Shown here: positions 28,965 through 36,920 of the stretch, one piece after another
How the letters are laid out: the number at the start of each line of letters is the position of its first letter
Position numbering within the stretch: position 1 is the stretch's first letter
Source of the DNA: a virus
Lineage: Duplodnaviria; Heunggongvirae; Uroviricota; Caudoviricetes
Virus record (IMG/VR): IMGVR_UViG_3300014927_000119
Reading direction: 5' to 3' (one strand)
DNA length: 37,820 nucleotides
Made by a program: the position numbers and the translations under genes
Notes under the pieces: model-generated
The model's database searches: none
The model's input: the letters and a program-made list of their open reading frames with translations, nothing else
What the model was told of the DNA's origin: nothing

Positions 28965-28994
28965 AGTATAACTTCTTACACATCAAAGAGTAAA
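28965..28994 (-). promoter_or_regulatory. Candidate sigma70 promoter for the 3-gene operon (TTTACT-N18-TATACT)
   Basis: On the minus strand, -35-like TTTACT (28994-28989) and -10 TATACT (28970-28965); predicted start about 9 nt before the ATG at 28949, so the mRNA would be almost leaderless. Confidence 0.35.
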
Positions 28995-29059
28995 TCCACC
29001 TAGTTTGCAAATTATCAGCCTACAAGAGTGTTTCGGTGTGCAGATTTTTCATATTTAGA

Positions 29060-31339
29060 TTACCACCTCGAAAATGCTTCCCACGCCTTCTGAACATGGT
29101 AATGAAATTCTTTTGTGCCATAGTTCACAATTGCACCACGCGCCAGCGCCTCAAGCTCCCATCGCTGCGGCCTGATACCGTTCTGAGCAAGGTCTACACG
29201 GATACGGGTAATTTGCAATCGTTCCGACCGGGTCAGCCTGGCTGATGGCGCTATTTCATGCGGTTTTAACGGGCTTCCGTTTCTTTGCTGACGATTTGGT
29301 GTTTTCAGGCCGTGTTTTAATGCACCCCTGAGCGTCCTCACGACCTCCGGGTCATTCCATTCGATAACACCGTCATCAACCAGATTTAGCACTGCTGCGG
29401 CGTGCTCAGAAGGTGTGGGAGCCGGTAACGAAGTATCACCACCGGTGAGCTTTCCACAGTTATTGACAGGACTCCGAGGCGCGGCGATGCCGCTTTTTAA
29501 AGTCAAAGGCTCAACGACCGGAACTTTCGGAACAATGCGCCAGTCCGTCGTTCTGGTGATATGAATATGACGCGCGCCGAGATGCGGCGCGTAAATGCCG
29601 ACCACTCTCTCGACTTCTTCCTCGTACTCGTTAACTTCATCCGACGGGCGACGGGCAACCCTGACAGTCTGACAATCGCGCGGGACATTTGCCCCACCCT
29701 GCGCGCTGATATACAACGCAAAATCACCACTGTCTGCGGCGGCGCGTGCAGCCTCGACGCGCTCGTCAAACTCATCAGCAATGCTGACGCCGCTAGGCAA
29801 TTTGCGTAGTTCACGGTAAGCCCCCATTGTCGGCAGGCCAACCGTTTTAAATTGTGGGATACGCCACGTTGACGCCCATGCGGTAACAGCCGCTGCAGTA
29901 TCTTTCAGCGGCCTGCCGGTATCGTTATCGAGCTGACCATCCAGTGCATAGCCGTCGATGTTTTTTGAAATGTATTTCGCGATATACCCCGCAGCACCGC
30001 CCCGGTTAAGATGTTTTGCCTGAAAACGGTTTCGCGCAGCTCCTCTTTCGTCGCCATCCTCTTTGAGCGCGTAGCGACGCATGATTTCAATAATCTGGTT
30101 ACGCTGGCGTGGATTACAAAAAAGCATCATATGCCAGTGCGGCGTTCCGTCGTGGTGTGGCTCGACGACTCGCAAACCGTAGACCTGTAAATCATTATCC
30201 TTGAATGCCGTGCGCATCAGGCTCCAGATACGGCAGAGATATCGCTGCGCATCCTTTGGATTAAATGCCTCATCATTCCAGCCGTGATTAAGCTGGACGG
30301 TTTTACTTTCGCCTTTTCCGACCTGACGTGTCGGGTGATACTTTGACGGCGCGGTCAGCGTGATAAACATCCCCACATCGCCCTCTGCGGCGGCGTAACG
30401 CTCAATACCGGCAATGGTGTTCATCAGCTCCATCCGGCGAATTTCAGGATTAGAAATACTGCCCATAACCTTACTGATAAGGTCGATGCGCTCGCCGGTT
30501 TCCCTGTTTTCAAGGTCACACGATTTAAGAAATTCCAGATTTGCCTGGCGGCGCGCACGCACATCACGAATGGCATGTTTACTGGCATAAGGAGAACGGT
30601 CTTTATTCACCTCCCCGACAGCAATCAGTAACGCCTCATGCCAGCGCATACGCTGGCCTTTAAGCTGACTAATCCACCACTCATCGTTAAACAGGCGGGC
30701 AATGGCAGAATATGCCTGCCTCGTGGTCATCTGTCCTTTACGGTATTTTTTCCAGAAAAGCGGGGAAATATTGAAAGCACGTGCAGCGCCAGCAACATGA
30801 CCATACAAATGCGCCTGCGCCTCATCTGTAAACAGCGATTCTTTCTCGCCATGTGCATCAACCCAGGCATCGCAGAGTTCCTCATACATCATGAAAAGCT
30901 GCGATGAAATACGGGCGGCAAACTTTTTCAGCTCCTTGTCATTCATCCCCGGCAGACGCGCATAATGGTCACGCTCTGCCAGAAACAGCAACGACGCGTC
31001 GGTGTTCATTTCATGGCGCTGATTCACGCGCTCAATACGCGGCCATAAACGGCGCTGAAAAGTGGATGTGAGGAAATAAAACCCGTGTAGCGGGCTTTTA
31101 TTGCGCCGGATGTAGTCATAACGTGAAGTAAACAGCGAGCGCAAAAAGTAAGGCAGGCGGTTAATCGTGGATAAAACACCTTGCACCTGACGCATCTCGT
31201 CACGTGTAAGGGGTCTTTCGCGCCCGACAGCCTCGCGTGGCGTATTCCATGCATAAGCACCGGTAAACGCCTTACCGGTGCCTGCGGCAAACGCAGACGG
31301 AGGTACGCAGGTGTATTGCTCCTGGAAAGAATGACTCAT
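29060..31339 (-). CDS. A: Replication initiation protein A (rolling-circle nickase)
   Basis: 759 aa (P2 gpA is 761 aa as I recall); last gene of the early operon; ATG overlaps the upstream stop (ATGA). Confidence 0.9.
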   Translation of the reverse strand: MSHSFQEQYTCVPPSAFAAGTGKAFTGAYAWNTPREAVGRERPLTRDEMRQVQGVLSTINRLPYFLRSLFTSRYDYIRRNKSPLHGFYFLTSTFQRRLWPRIERVNQRHEMNTDASLLFLAERDHYARLPGMNDKELKKFAARISSQLFMMYEELCDAWVDAHGEKESLFTDEAQAHLYGHVAGAARAFNISPLFWKKYRKGQMTTRQAYSAIARLFNDEWWISQLKGQRMRWHEALLIAVGEVNKDRSPYASKHAIRDVRARRQANLEFLKSCDLENRETGERIDLISKVMGSISNPEIRRMELMNTIAGIERYAAAEGDVGMFITLTAPSKYHPTRQVGKGESKTVQLNHGWNDEAFNPKDAQRYLCRIWSLMRTAFKDNDLQVYGLRVVEPHHDGTPHWHMMLFCNPRQRNQIIEIMRRYALKEDGDERGAARNRFQAKHLNRGGAAGYIAKYISKNIDGYALDGQLDNDTGRPLKDTAAAVTAWASTWRIPQFKTVGLPTMGAYRELRKLPSGVSIADEFDERVEAARAAADSGDFALYISAQGGANVPRDCQTVRVARRPSDEVNEYEEEVERVVGIYAPHLGARHIHITRTTDWRIVPKVPVVEPLTLKSGIAAPRSPVNNCGKLTGGDTSLPAPTPSEHAAAVLNLVDDGVIEWNDPEVVRTLRGALKHGLKTPNRQQRNGSPLKPHEIAPSARLTRSERLQITRIRVDLAQNGIRPQRWELEALARGAIVNYGTKEFHYHVQKAWEAFSRW

Positions 31340-32343
31340 TCACATACACCGGCATAGACACTACTGCAAACGGCTTTATCATTCGCCGAAGCCAGTAAAT
31401 CAAACTGAGTACCCCCACGCGTTGTCATTGTCCAGTCATGGTAGGTTTCAATTCCGTATGCCTCGACTGTTACAACCTCAATACGACGTTCTGCGCGTAA
31501 CGGATCATGTGTGGATGGGAAAAAAGTGGAATTTCCCCGACGGGAGCACGACGCAACCAGTCGTTCCCATTCAGCAACCCGCTTTATTTCCTCCGGCCAC
31601 CGGCGAAAAATTTCTGCCAGTTCAGATTTACGGACATGAATACATGGCATACAACCAACACGGCCACACCCCTGCTGATATAACGGATTTGGCTTAATGT
31701 CATGTCTTCTGGCTATTGCAAATACATCTTCATGCTTCCAGTGCAAAATCGGGCGGTATACATGCAATCCGGGGGTGTTGTCTGCATCCTCTTCCCAGAC
31801 AGGTAAAGCTGCGCGTGATGGCGATTCCTGAGCACGCACTCCCTGCCAGCTAATCACTTCCTCAAATTCATTGAGTAAAGGCAGGATTACCTGAGAACGC
31901 ACGGGTTCATGTTTCAGTTCAAATGTGCAAAATCTGGCTTTGGTTGATGGGAAACGCCCCTTCCACAGACACAAATCAAGAAACGGGATACCCGTTGGTT
32001 TGAGAATTTCCAGCGCACAACTGATGCGCTGGTGCGCTTCTTCTTCCGACATTCCACAATCGTTAACCAACAAATCAGGCCATTTGGTCTGGATAAACTT
32101 GCGCTTTGATTCAATCCGGCAGGAAAAATCAGCCCTGACCCTTTTAATTGGGCCAAGCCGTTTTTCCAGATAATCCAGATATTTCATTGTCTGTGGATGT
32201 TCATGTCCCGTATCAGCAAAAACCGGCAATATGGGTACATTTTCTTCAATAGCGACAAGCCACTGAGCAAGGCTGTCCTTTCCACCTGAAACAAAAATAA
32301 CATTGATGGTATTTTCAGTATGGCAACGAGCATCAGTAATCAT
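31336..32343 (-). CDS. PP-loop ATP pyrophosphatase, PAPS-reductase-like protein
   Basis: 335 aa; N-terminal VIFVSGGKDS (PP-loop motif SGGxDS); Cys cluster GCGRVGCMPC near residue 230; translationally coupled to A. Confidence 0.7.
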   Translation of the reverse strand: MITDARCHTENTINVIFVSGGKDSLAQWLVAIEENVPILPVFADTGHEHPQTMKYLDYLEKRLGPIKRVRADFSCRIESKRKFIQTKWPDLLVNDCGMSEEEAHQRISCALEILKPTGIPFLDLCLWKGRFPSTKARFCTFELKHEPVRSQVILPLLNEFEEVISWQGVRAQESPSRAALPVWEEDADNTPGLHVYRPILHWKHEDVFAIARRHDIKPNPLYQQGCGRVGCMPCIHVRKSELAEIFRRWPEEIKRVAEWERLVASCSRRGNSTFFPSTHDPLRAERRIEVVTVEAYGIETYHDWTMTTRGGTQFDLLASANDKAVCSSVYAGVCE

Positions 32344-32618
32344 TCAGACGCTCCTCTGGAGAACGCCTCTGAACAACGCTTGCTGAGCTGCTCAACCTGC
32401 GTGTTTAAATCGGCAAAAGATTTTGCGCTTCCGGTCAGAATATCGTGATGCATCAGGCCGGAAACGAGCTGGCTTAATTTCGGATAATAACCAACCACCG
32501 CCAGCCATTCCTGACCGGCGTTTTTACCGCTTTCCGCTCTCTTTTTCTCGTGGAGAAGAAACTGAAAGCTGTCACTGGTAACGACATAACGTTCGCCAAT
32601 TTCAATACGAATACTCAT
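32340..32618 (-). CDS. Small early protein (P2 Orf83-like position)
   Basis: 92-aa ORF, overlaps neighbours by 4 nt on each side. Confidence 0.6.
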   Translation of the reverse strand: MSIRIEIGERYVVTSDSFQFLLHEKKRAESGKNAGQEWLAVVGYYPKLSQLVSGLMHHDILTGSAKSFADLNTQVEQLSKRCSEAFSRGASE

Positions 32619-32839
32619 GCCGTTCTCCGGTAATGCTTGTTTTTTGCTTCAAAGACTGACTGGCAGGAAACACAACGCGTGGCTGACGGATAAGCCGCAC
32701 GACGGGCAGCAGGTATTGGCGCGTCACACTCTTCGCAAACCAGCGCAGAAACACCGCAATGTTTTACCCTTGCCGCGTTAATCTGGCGCTCCAGTAATTC
32801 AGCCTGTTGTTCCTGAATAAAATCTACGTTGTCCGGCAT
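32615..32839 (-). CDS. TraR/DksA-type C4 zinc-finger protein (P2 Orf82-like position)
   Basis: 74 aa with CEECDAPIPAARRAAYPSATRCVSCQ (CxxC-N17-CxxC), typical of phage TraR/DksA-like proteins. Confidence 0.7.
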   Translation of the reverse strand: MPDNVDFIQEQQAELLERQINAARVKHCGVSALVCEECDAPIPAARRAAYPSATRCVSCQSVFEAKNKHYRRTA

Positions 32840-33141
32840 TACCAGCTCCTTTTGTCGTTCAGCTTCTTAAATTCATCAGCGCAATAACTGGCGATTTCTG
32901 TCGTTAATTTCGTCAGTTCATCCACTGAGGAAATTTGCTTGTGGAATACAGCACGTTTAACAAGTAAATTGACCACATCAGACAGGAGGTTTAATTCATT
33001 CTGATAAATCGCGATAACAGATTCAGTGATGTCGCGTTTTTCTTTATCAAGACAAAGTTGAATAAGAGACAAATCACCATTTTCCATAACGGCGATTTTT
33101 AAGGCGTTATTCAGTAATACAACTGAATGAGAACAGGACAT
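32839..33141 (-). CDS. Small early protein (P2 Orf81-like position)
   Basis: 100 aa from ATG 33141 (the track ORF begins one codon earlier at TTG); overlaps the upstream stop (TGATG). Confidence 0.55.
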   Translation of the reverse strand: MSCSHSVVLLNNALKIAVMENGDLSLIQLCLDKEKRDITESVIAIYQNELNLLSDVVNLLVKRAVFHKQISSVDELTKLTTEIASYCADEFKKLNDKRSW

Positions 33142-33365
33142 CAAAGTACCTCCCCGCGAGATAATCCGATATTGTGAAATTTTTCCGACTCCTGACTGAG
33201 CAGCTCGACTATCTCCACGCGGGATAACTCCGCCTTTGTGATGTGGTGAATCATGGCGTCAAGATGAGAAGAAAAGCGCGTCGCCGCGTCGGCCTGTGCT
33301 TCGGTTCTGGCCTGTTGCAGCAGTAATGCGTATTTACCGCACTGATTTTCAGAAACTGTATGCAT
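33141..33365 (-). CDS. Small early protein (P2 Orf80-like position)
   Basis: 74 aa from the internal ATG 33365 with GGAG upstream (track ORF starts at TTG 33398). Confidence 0.5.
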   Translation of the reverse strand: MHTVSENQCGKYALLLQQARTEAQADAATRFSSHLDAMIHHITKAELSRVEIVELLSQESEKFHNIGLSRGEVL

Positions 33366-33428
33366 GACTTTCTCCAGGCAAAAAGAAGCCCCGCACAATT
33401 AAGTGCGTTAAAAACTCTGGTTAATTAC

Positions 33429-33929
33429 TTAATGCAGATATTGCTCTGGTTTTACCGACGTCAGAATTGTCGGTGCATACTCAAACAGGCTGAATAATTC
33501 ACGTAATGCACGGAATAAAGCATCACGCCAGTAACATGACTCTTCATTAATTCGCCAGTATGGCTGGTTGAACTCTTTTTCAGTCAATCCGGCATGCATA
33601 AATAAAGTACGACGCTGACTGACTGTTAAAAAACTAATATATGCATACTCACTTGCACCGACCTGACGGCGTTTTGAGAATGCCCCACGCAATTCATCAA
33701 TTGCACAAACCAGCCGTTCACGTTCGACGTCGTTCATTTCTTCAAAACGCATCGTTGCGTGACGTTGTTTTAACTGCGCATGAAAGCAAACTGTTAGCCG
33801 TTCGCGCTCCATCATCTGATTATAATAATCACATGTATCCTGCCAGCGAGGAACGGCAAGATGCTTACCAATTATCCGGCGCATGGTTGCTGGCTGTTTT
33901 TCAACGAGATTGAGCGTCATCACTGTCAT
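33429..33929 (-). CDS. B: Replication protein B
   Basis: 166 aa from ATG 33929 (MTVMTLNLVEKQPA...), GGAGG about 8 nt upstream; P2 gpB is 166 aa. Confidence 0.85.
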   Translation of the reverse strand: MTVMTLNLVEKQPATMRRIIGKHLAVPRWQDTCDYYNQMMERERLTVCFHAQLKQRHATMRFEEMNDVERERLVCAIDELRGAFSKRRQVGASEYAYISFLTVSQRRTLFMHAGLTEKEFNQPYWRINEESCYWRDALFRALRELFSLFEYAPTILTSVKPEQYLH

Positions 33930-34096
33930 TTCCATACCCTCCGGCTTTTCAGAAAGGTCAGAGCCTTTTTTAACGGACTCTGTTTTTTGGTGCGGATAAT
34001 GATTCCCTTACGCCCCTTACCGTGGGTGATGGTGAAGTCAATCGCCCTGGGGCTTTCGTTACGCAGTAACTGAGCAATACAACGAGGCTCATTCAT
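33926..34096 (-). CDS. Small early protein (P2 Orf78-like)
   Basis: 56 aa from ATG 34096 with AAGGAG 6 nt upstream, just after the cox stop. Confidence 0.6.
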   Translation of the reverse strand: MNEPRCIAQLLRNESPRAIDFTITHGKGRKGIIIRTKKQSPLKKALTFLKSRRVWK

Positions 34097-34106
34097 ACGG
34101 TTCTCC

Positions 34107-34382
34107 TTAACGTGGTTCACCGAGACCTAACCACATCAACCAGCCGTCACGAATCTCTTTAGGGCGGCTTTCATAAGCCAGTTTTAGTCCGTTATTCCAT
34201 GCCGGAAGGTATACCCAATATTCACCTGCACGACCTGAAGCTGATTGTGGATCGGTCATATCAATTACAGGCAGCTTTCCTTTATCGATCATCCGACGAA
34301 CCGCTCCTGTCGATTTTCCTATTAGTTTTGCGAACTCCTGATAAGGAATCGCATCAGTCATGAGTGTTACTTGCTTGCTCAT
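34107..34382 (-). CDS. cox: Cox, excisionase and repressor of the Pc promoter
   Basis: 91 aa, P2 Cox length; first gene of the early operon, divergent from C. Confidence 0.9.
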   Translation of the reverse strand: MSKQVTLMTDAIPYQEFAKLIGKSTGAVRRMIDKGKLPVIDMTDPQSASGRAGEYWVYLPAWNNGLKLAYESRPKEIRDGWLMWLGLGEPR

Positions 34383-34450
34383 GTCGTCCCCCAGCCCTCA
34401 TGAATTGCGTTTAATGCCTTATAATGCCTTTTAGTGCCCACATCCAAGCA

Positions 34451-34493
34451 CTAAACAATCTACATCTAAACTAAATACTATTGAGATCTAAAC
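34451..34493. promoter_or_regulatory. Immunity switch region with direct operator-like repeats ATCTAAAC (34464-34471 and 34486-34493) plus a third CTAAAC (34451-34456)
   Basis: Two identical 8-mers spaced 22 bp start-to-start in the cox/C intergenic region; consistent with P2 C repressor binding direct repeats flanking the early promoter. Confidence 0.5.
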
Positions 34494-34496
34494 ACT

Positions 34497-34796
34497 ATGT
34501 CAAACACGATAAGCGAGAAGATAGTCTTAATGCGAAAATCAGAGTATTTGAGCAGACAACAACTTGCTGATTTAACAGGGGTACCGTATGGCACGCTGAG
34601 TTACTATGAAAGTGGTCGTTCAACACCTCCAACAGATGTCATGATGAACATCCTGCAGACCCCACAATTCACCAAATACACTTTATGGTTCATGACCAAT
34701 CAGGTCGCTCCTGAGTCCGGGCAAATTGCGCCCGCTCTCGCACACTTTGGGCAAAACGAAACAACGTCGCCCCACTCCGGTCAAAAGACTGGTTAA
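34497..34796 (+). CDS. C: Immunity repressor C
   Basis: 99 aa, P2 C length; helix-turn-helix-like QQLADLTGVPYGTLSYYESG. Confidence 0.9.
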   Translation: MSNTISEKIVLMRKSEYLSRQQLADLTGVPYGTLSYYESGRSTPPTDVMMNILQTPQFTKYTLWFMTNQVAPESGQIAPALAHFGQNETTSPHSGQKTG

Positions 34797-34911
34797 CAAT
34801 TCATCGTGAATATATTCATCACAAGTGCCTACTATTGGTGGCTAAATTTCAGCCACCACGAAAAAAGCGATTAGTAGTCGCAAAAAAACACACCACTCGG
34901 AGGGTTTTCTG

Positions 34912-35925
34912 ATGGCAATCAAAAAACTCGATGATGGTCGATATGAAGTGGACATCCGCCCTACTGGACGTAATGGAAAACGCATCCGTAGGAAGTTTGA
35001 TAAGAAAAGCGAAGCTGTCGCTTTCGAGAAATACACGTTGTACAACCACCACAATAAAGAATGGCTATCAAAACCAACAGACAAGCGACGTCTGTCGGAG
35101 CTGACACAGATCTGGTGGGATTTAAAGGGTAAACACGAAGAGCATGGGAAATCTAATCTTGGAAAAATTGAAATCTTCACAAAAATAACGAATGACCCAT
35201 GCGCATTTCAAATTACGAAATCGCTTATCAGCCAGTACTGCGCCACCCGAAGAAGTCAGGGTATTAAACCTTCGAGTATCAATCGTGATTTAACATGTAT
35301 TAGCGGCATGTTTACAGCCCTGATTGAAGCGGAGTTATTCTTTGGTGAGCACCCTATCAGAGGGACAAAAAGGCTTAAGGAGGAAAAACCAGACACAGGC
35401 TATCTCACGCAGGAAGAAATTGCCTTACTGCTTGCTGCTCTTGACGGCGACAACAAAAAGATTGCGATTCTTTGCCTGAGCACTGGAGCACGTTGGGGAG
35501 AAGCAGCTCGTTTGAAAGCAGAAAATATCATCCATAACCGCGTCACGTTTGTTAAAACGAAAACAAACAAACCACGCACCGTCCCGATCTCAGAGGCTGT
35601 TGCCAAAATGATCGCGGATAACAAACGAGGTTTTTTATTCCCTGATGCTGATTACCCTCGCTTCAGACGAACAATGAAAGCAATAAAACCGGATTTGCCA
35701 ATGGGGCAAGCCACACATGCACTAAGGCACAGCTTTGCCACTCATTTCATGATTAATGGAGGAAGTATTATCACGCTACAACGGATACTAGGTCACACGC
35801 GGATTGAGCAAACTATGGTTTACGCTCATTTTGCGCCAGAGTACCTTCAGGACGCCATTTCTCTTAATCCGCTAAGAGGTGGTACTGAGGCCGAGAGTGT
35901 CCACACAGTGTCCACAGTAGAGTAA
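34912..35925 (+). CDS. int: Tyrosine integrase
   Basis: 337 aa (P2 Int is 337 aa); C-terminal HxxRHxxxxxxxxxGxxxxxxxxxLGH...Y pattern (ALRHSFATHF...LGHTRIEQTMVYAHF); adjacent to attR. Confidence 0.92.
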   Translation: MAIKKLDDGRYEVDIRPTGRNGKRIRRKFDKKSEAVAFEKYTLYNHHNKEWLSKPTDKRRLSELTQIWWDLKGKHEEHGKSNLGKIEIFTKITNDPCAFQITKSLISQYCATRRSQGIKPSSINRDLTCISGMFTALIEAELFFGEHPIRGTKRLKEEKPDTGYLTQEEIALLLAALDGDNKKIAILCLSTGARWGEAARLKAENIIHNRVTFVKTKTNKPRTVPISEAVAKMIADNKRGFLFPDADYPRFRRTMKAIKPDLPMGQATHALRHSFATHFMINGGSIITLQRILGHTRIEQTMVYAHFAPEYLQDAISLNPLRGGTEAESVHTVSTVE

Positions 35926-36003
35926 CGTTTAAGGGCTTTCAGTGGTAATTTATGCCGCTCAAACCCGCATTGTACCGTTGAAAGCCCCTACTGGTGACAC
36001 CCT

Positions 36004-36030
36004 AAATCTCCCTTACACGGGCTTATTTTT
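36004..36030. repeat. attR core (27 bp, identical to 1507-1533)
   Basis: Exact direct repeat AATCTCCCTTACACGGGCTTATTTTTT, 78 bp downstream of the int stop. Confidence 0.9.
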
Positions 36031-36188
36031 TATGCATAAGCCGTATCCTGGTCACCGTCTTCCATTGACCACATCGATAGAATCCCCCTTCATAACACGA
36101 TGCCTTTCACGTAACGGCATCGTGCTCGTACAGATTCCGGCTACGCACAACCAGAACGCGCATGTTTGACGCTTACCAAAAAATATTC

Positions 36189-36506
36189 TCACTCTCCACA
36201 TTTGAATGTCAGACGAGCGACGCCATGTAATCCTGCACCTTCTGTCTTCAGGTCAACTATCTGCATTTTTTTGCCCTGAGTAACACAGAAATGAGCTGCA
36301 TCATTTTTTACTATATTTTCTGCACCAGAAATTCTGCCCCTGGCTAAAGAAGCTTCGGCTTCGGTGTAGTATTGGTTATCGAGTTTACGCTGAATATTAC
36401 TTTTATATGCAAGACCAAATTTACCGATACTTGTCTCATCATTATGTACAGCACACCCAGACATAAGAAAAACACTAATTAATGATATAGCAGCTATCTT
36501 TTTCAT
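36189..36506 (-). CDS. yegR: YegR, small lipoprotein (host gene)
   Basis: 105 aa from ATG 36506 (MKKIAAISLISVFLMSGC..., lipobox MSGC) with GGAAGG upstream; location next to yegS as in E. coli. Confidence 0.8.
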   Translation of the reverse strand: MKKIAAISLISVFLMSGCAVHNDETSIGKFGLAYKSNIQRKLDNQYYTEAEASLARGRISGAENIVKNDAAHFCVTQGKKMQIVDLKTEGAGLHGVARLTFKCGE

Positions 36507-36920
36507 CTTACCTTCCCCCATTAAATACCAACGACACGCTCTGGTGTTAAAATATAATAATGGCATGATTATTATAATTGAATAGGATTATAATAAATGT
36601 TCTGTACAACATTTCCTACATAAGTAGGAATTACATACACGGAGGCCCTTCCGGGTAACCCCATGGGGGGGTTAATATATTTTTAATAGTATATTGAAGA
36701 TGCCACTGTTTAGTTGAATATTAGGTATATGCTCTTTTTTGAAATTTACCTATGGCTACCGTTAACATTCACTGTCCCCATTGCAAGCTCCTGGTGGTAA
36801 CCACTGAATCCTCTATACTTGAACTGATTTTTTATCCTCCGACTTTCATCCTGTTCTGACTCCACCTTTTCTTTTCTGCTCTACACTATCTACAGACCAA
36901 TCATAAAGGCACATACGATC

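Larger units (their letters stand above)
1507..36030. mobile_element. Complete P2-like prophage (Peduovirus-type) bounded by att core repeats
   Basis: Full collinear P2 gene set with P2-like protein lengths, cos site, integrase adjacent to attR, and flanking direct repeats. Confidence 0.95.

Noticed and set aside
34838-34858. Hairpin GGTGGCT-aaatttc-AGCCACC between C and int, considered as a terminator
   Set aside because: No U-tract follows on either strand; in P2, int is co-transcribed with C, so a terminator is not expected here.
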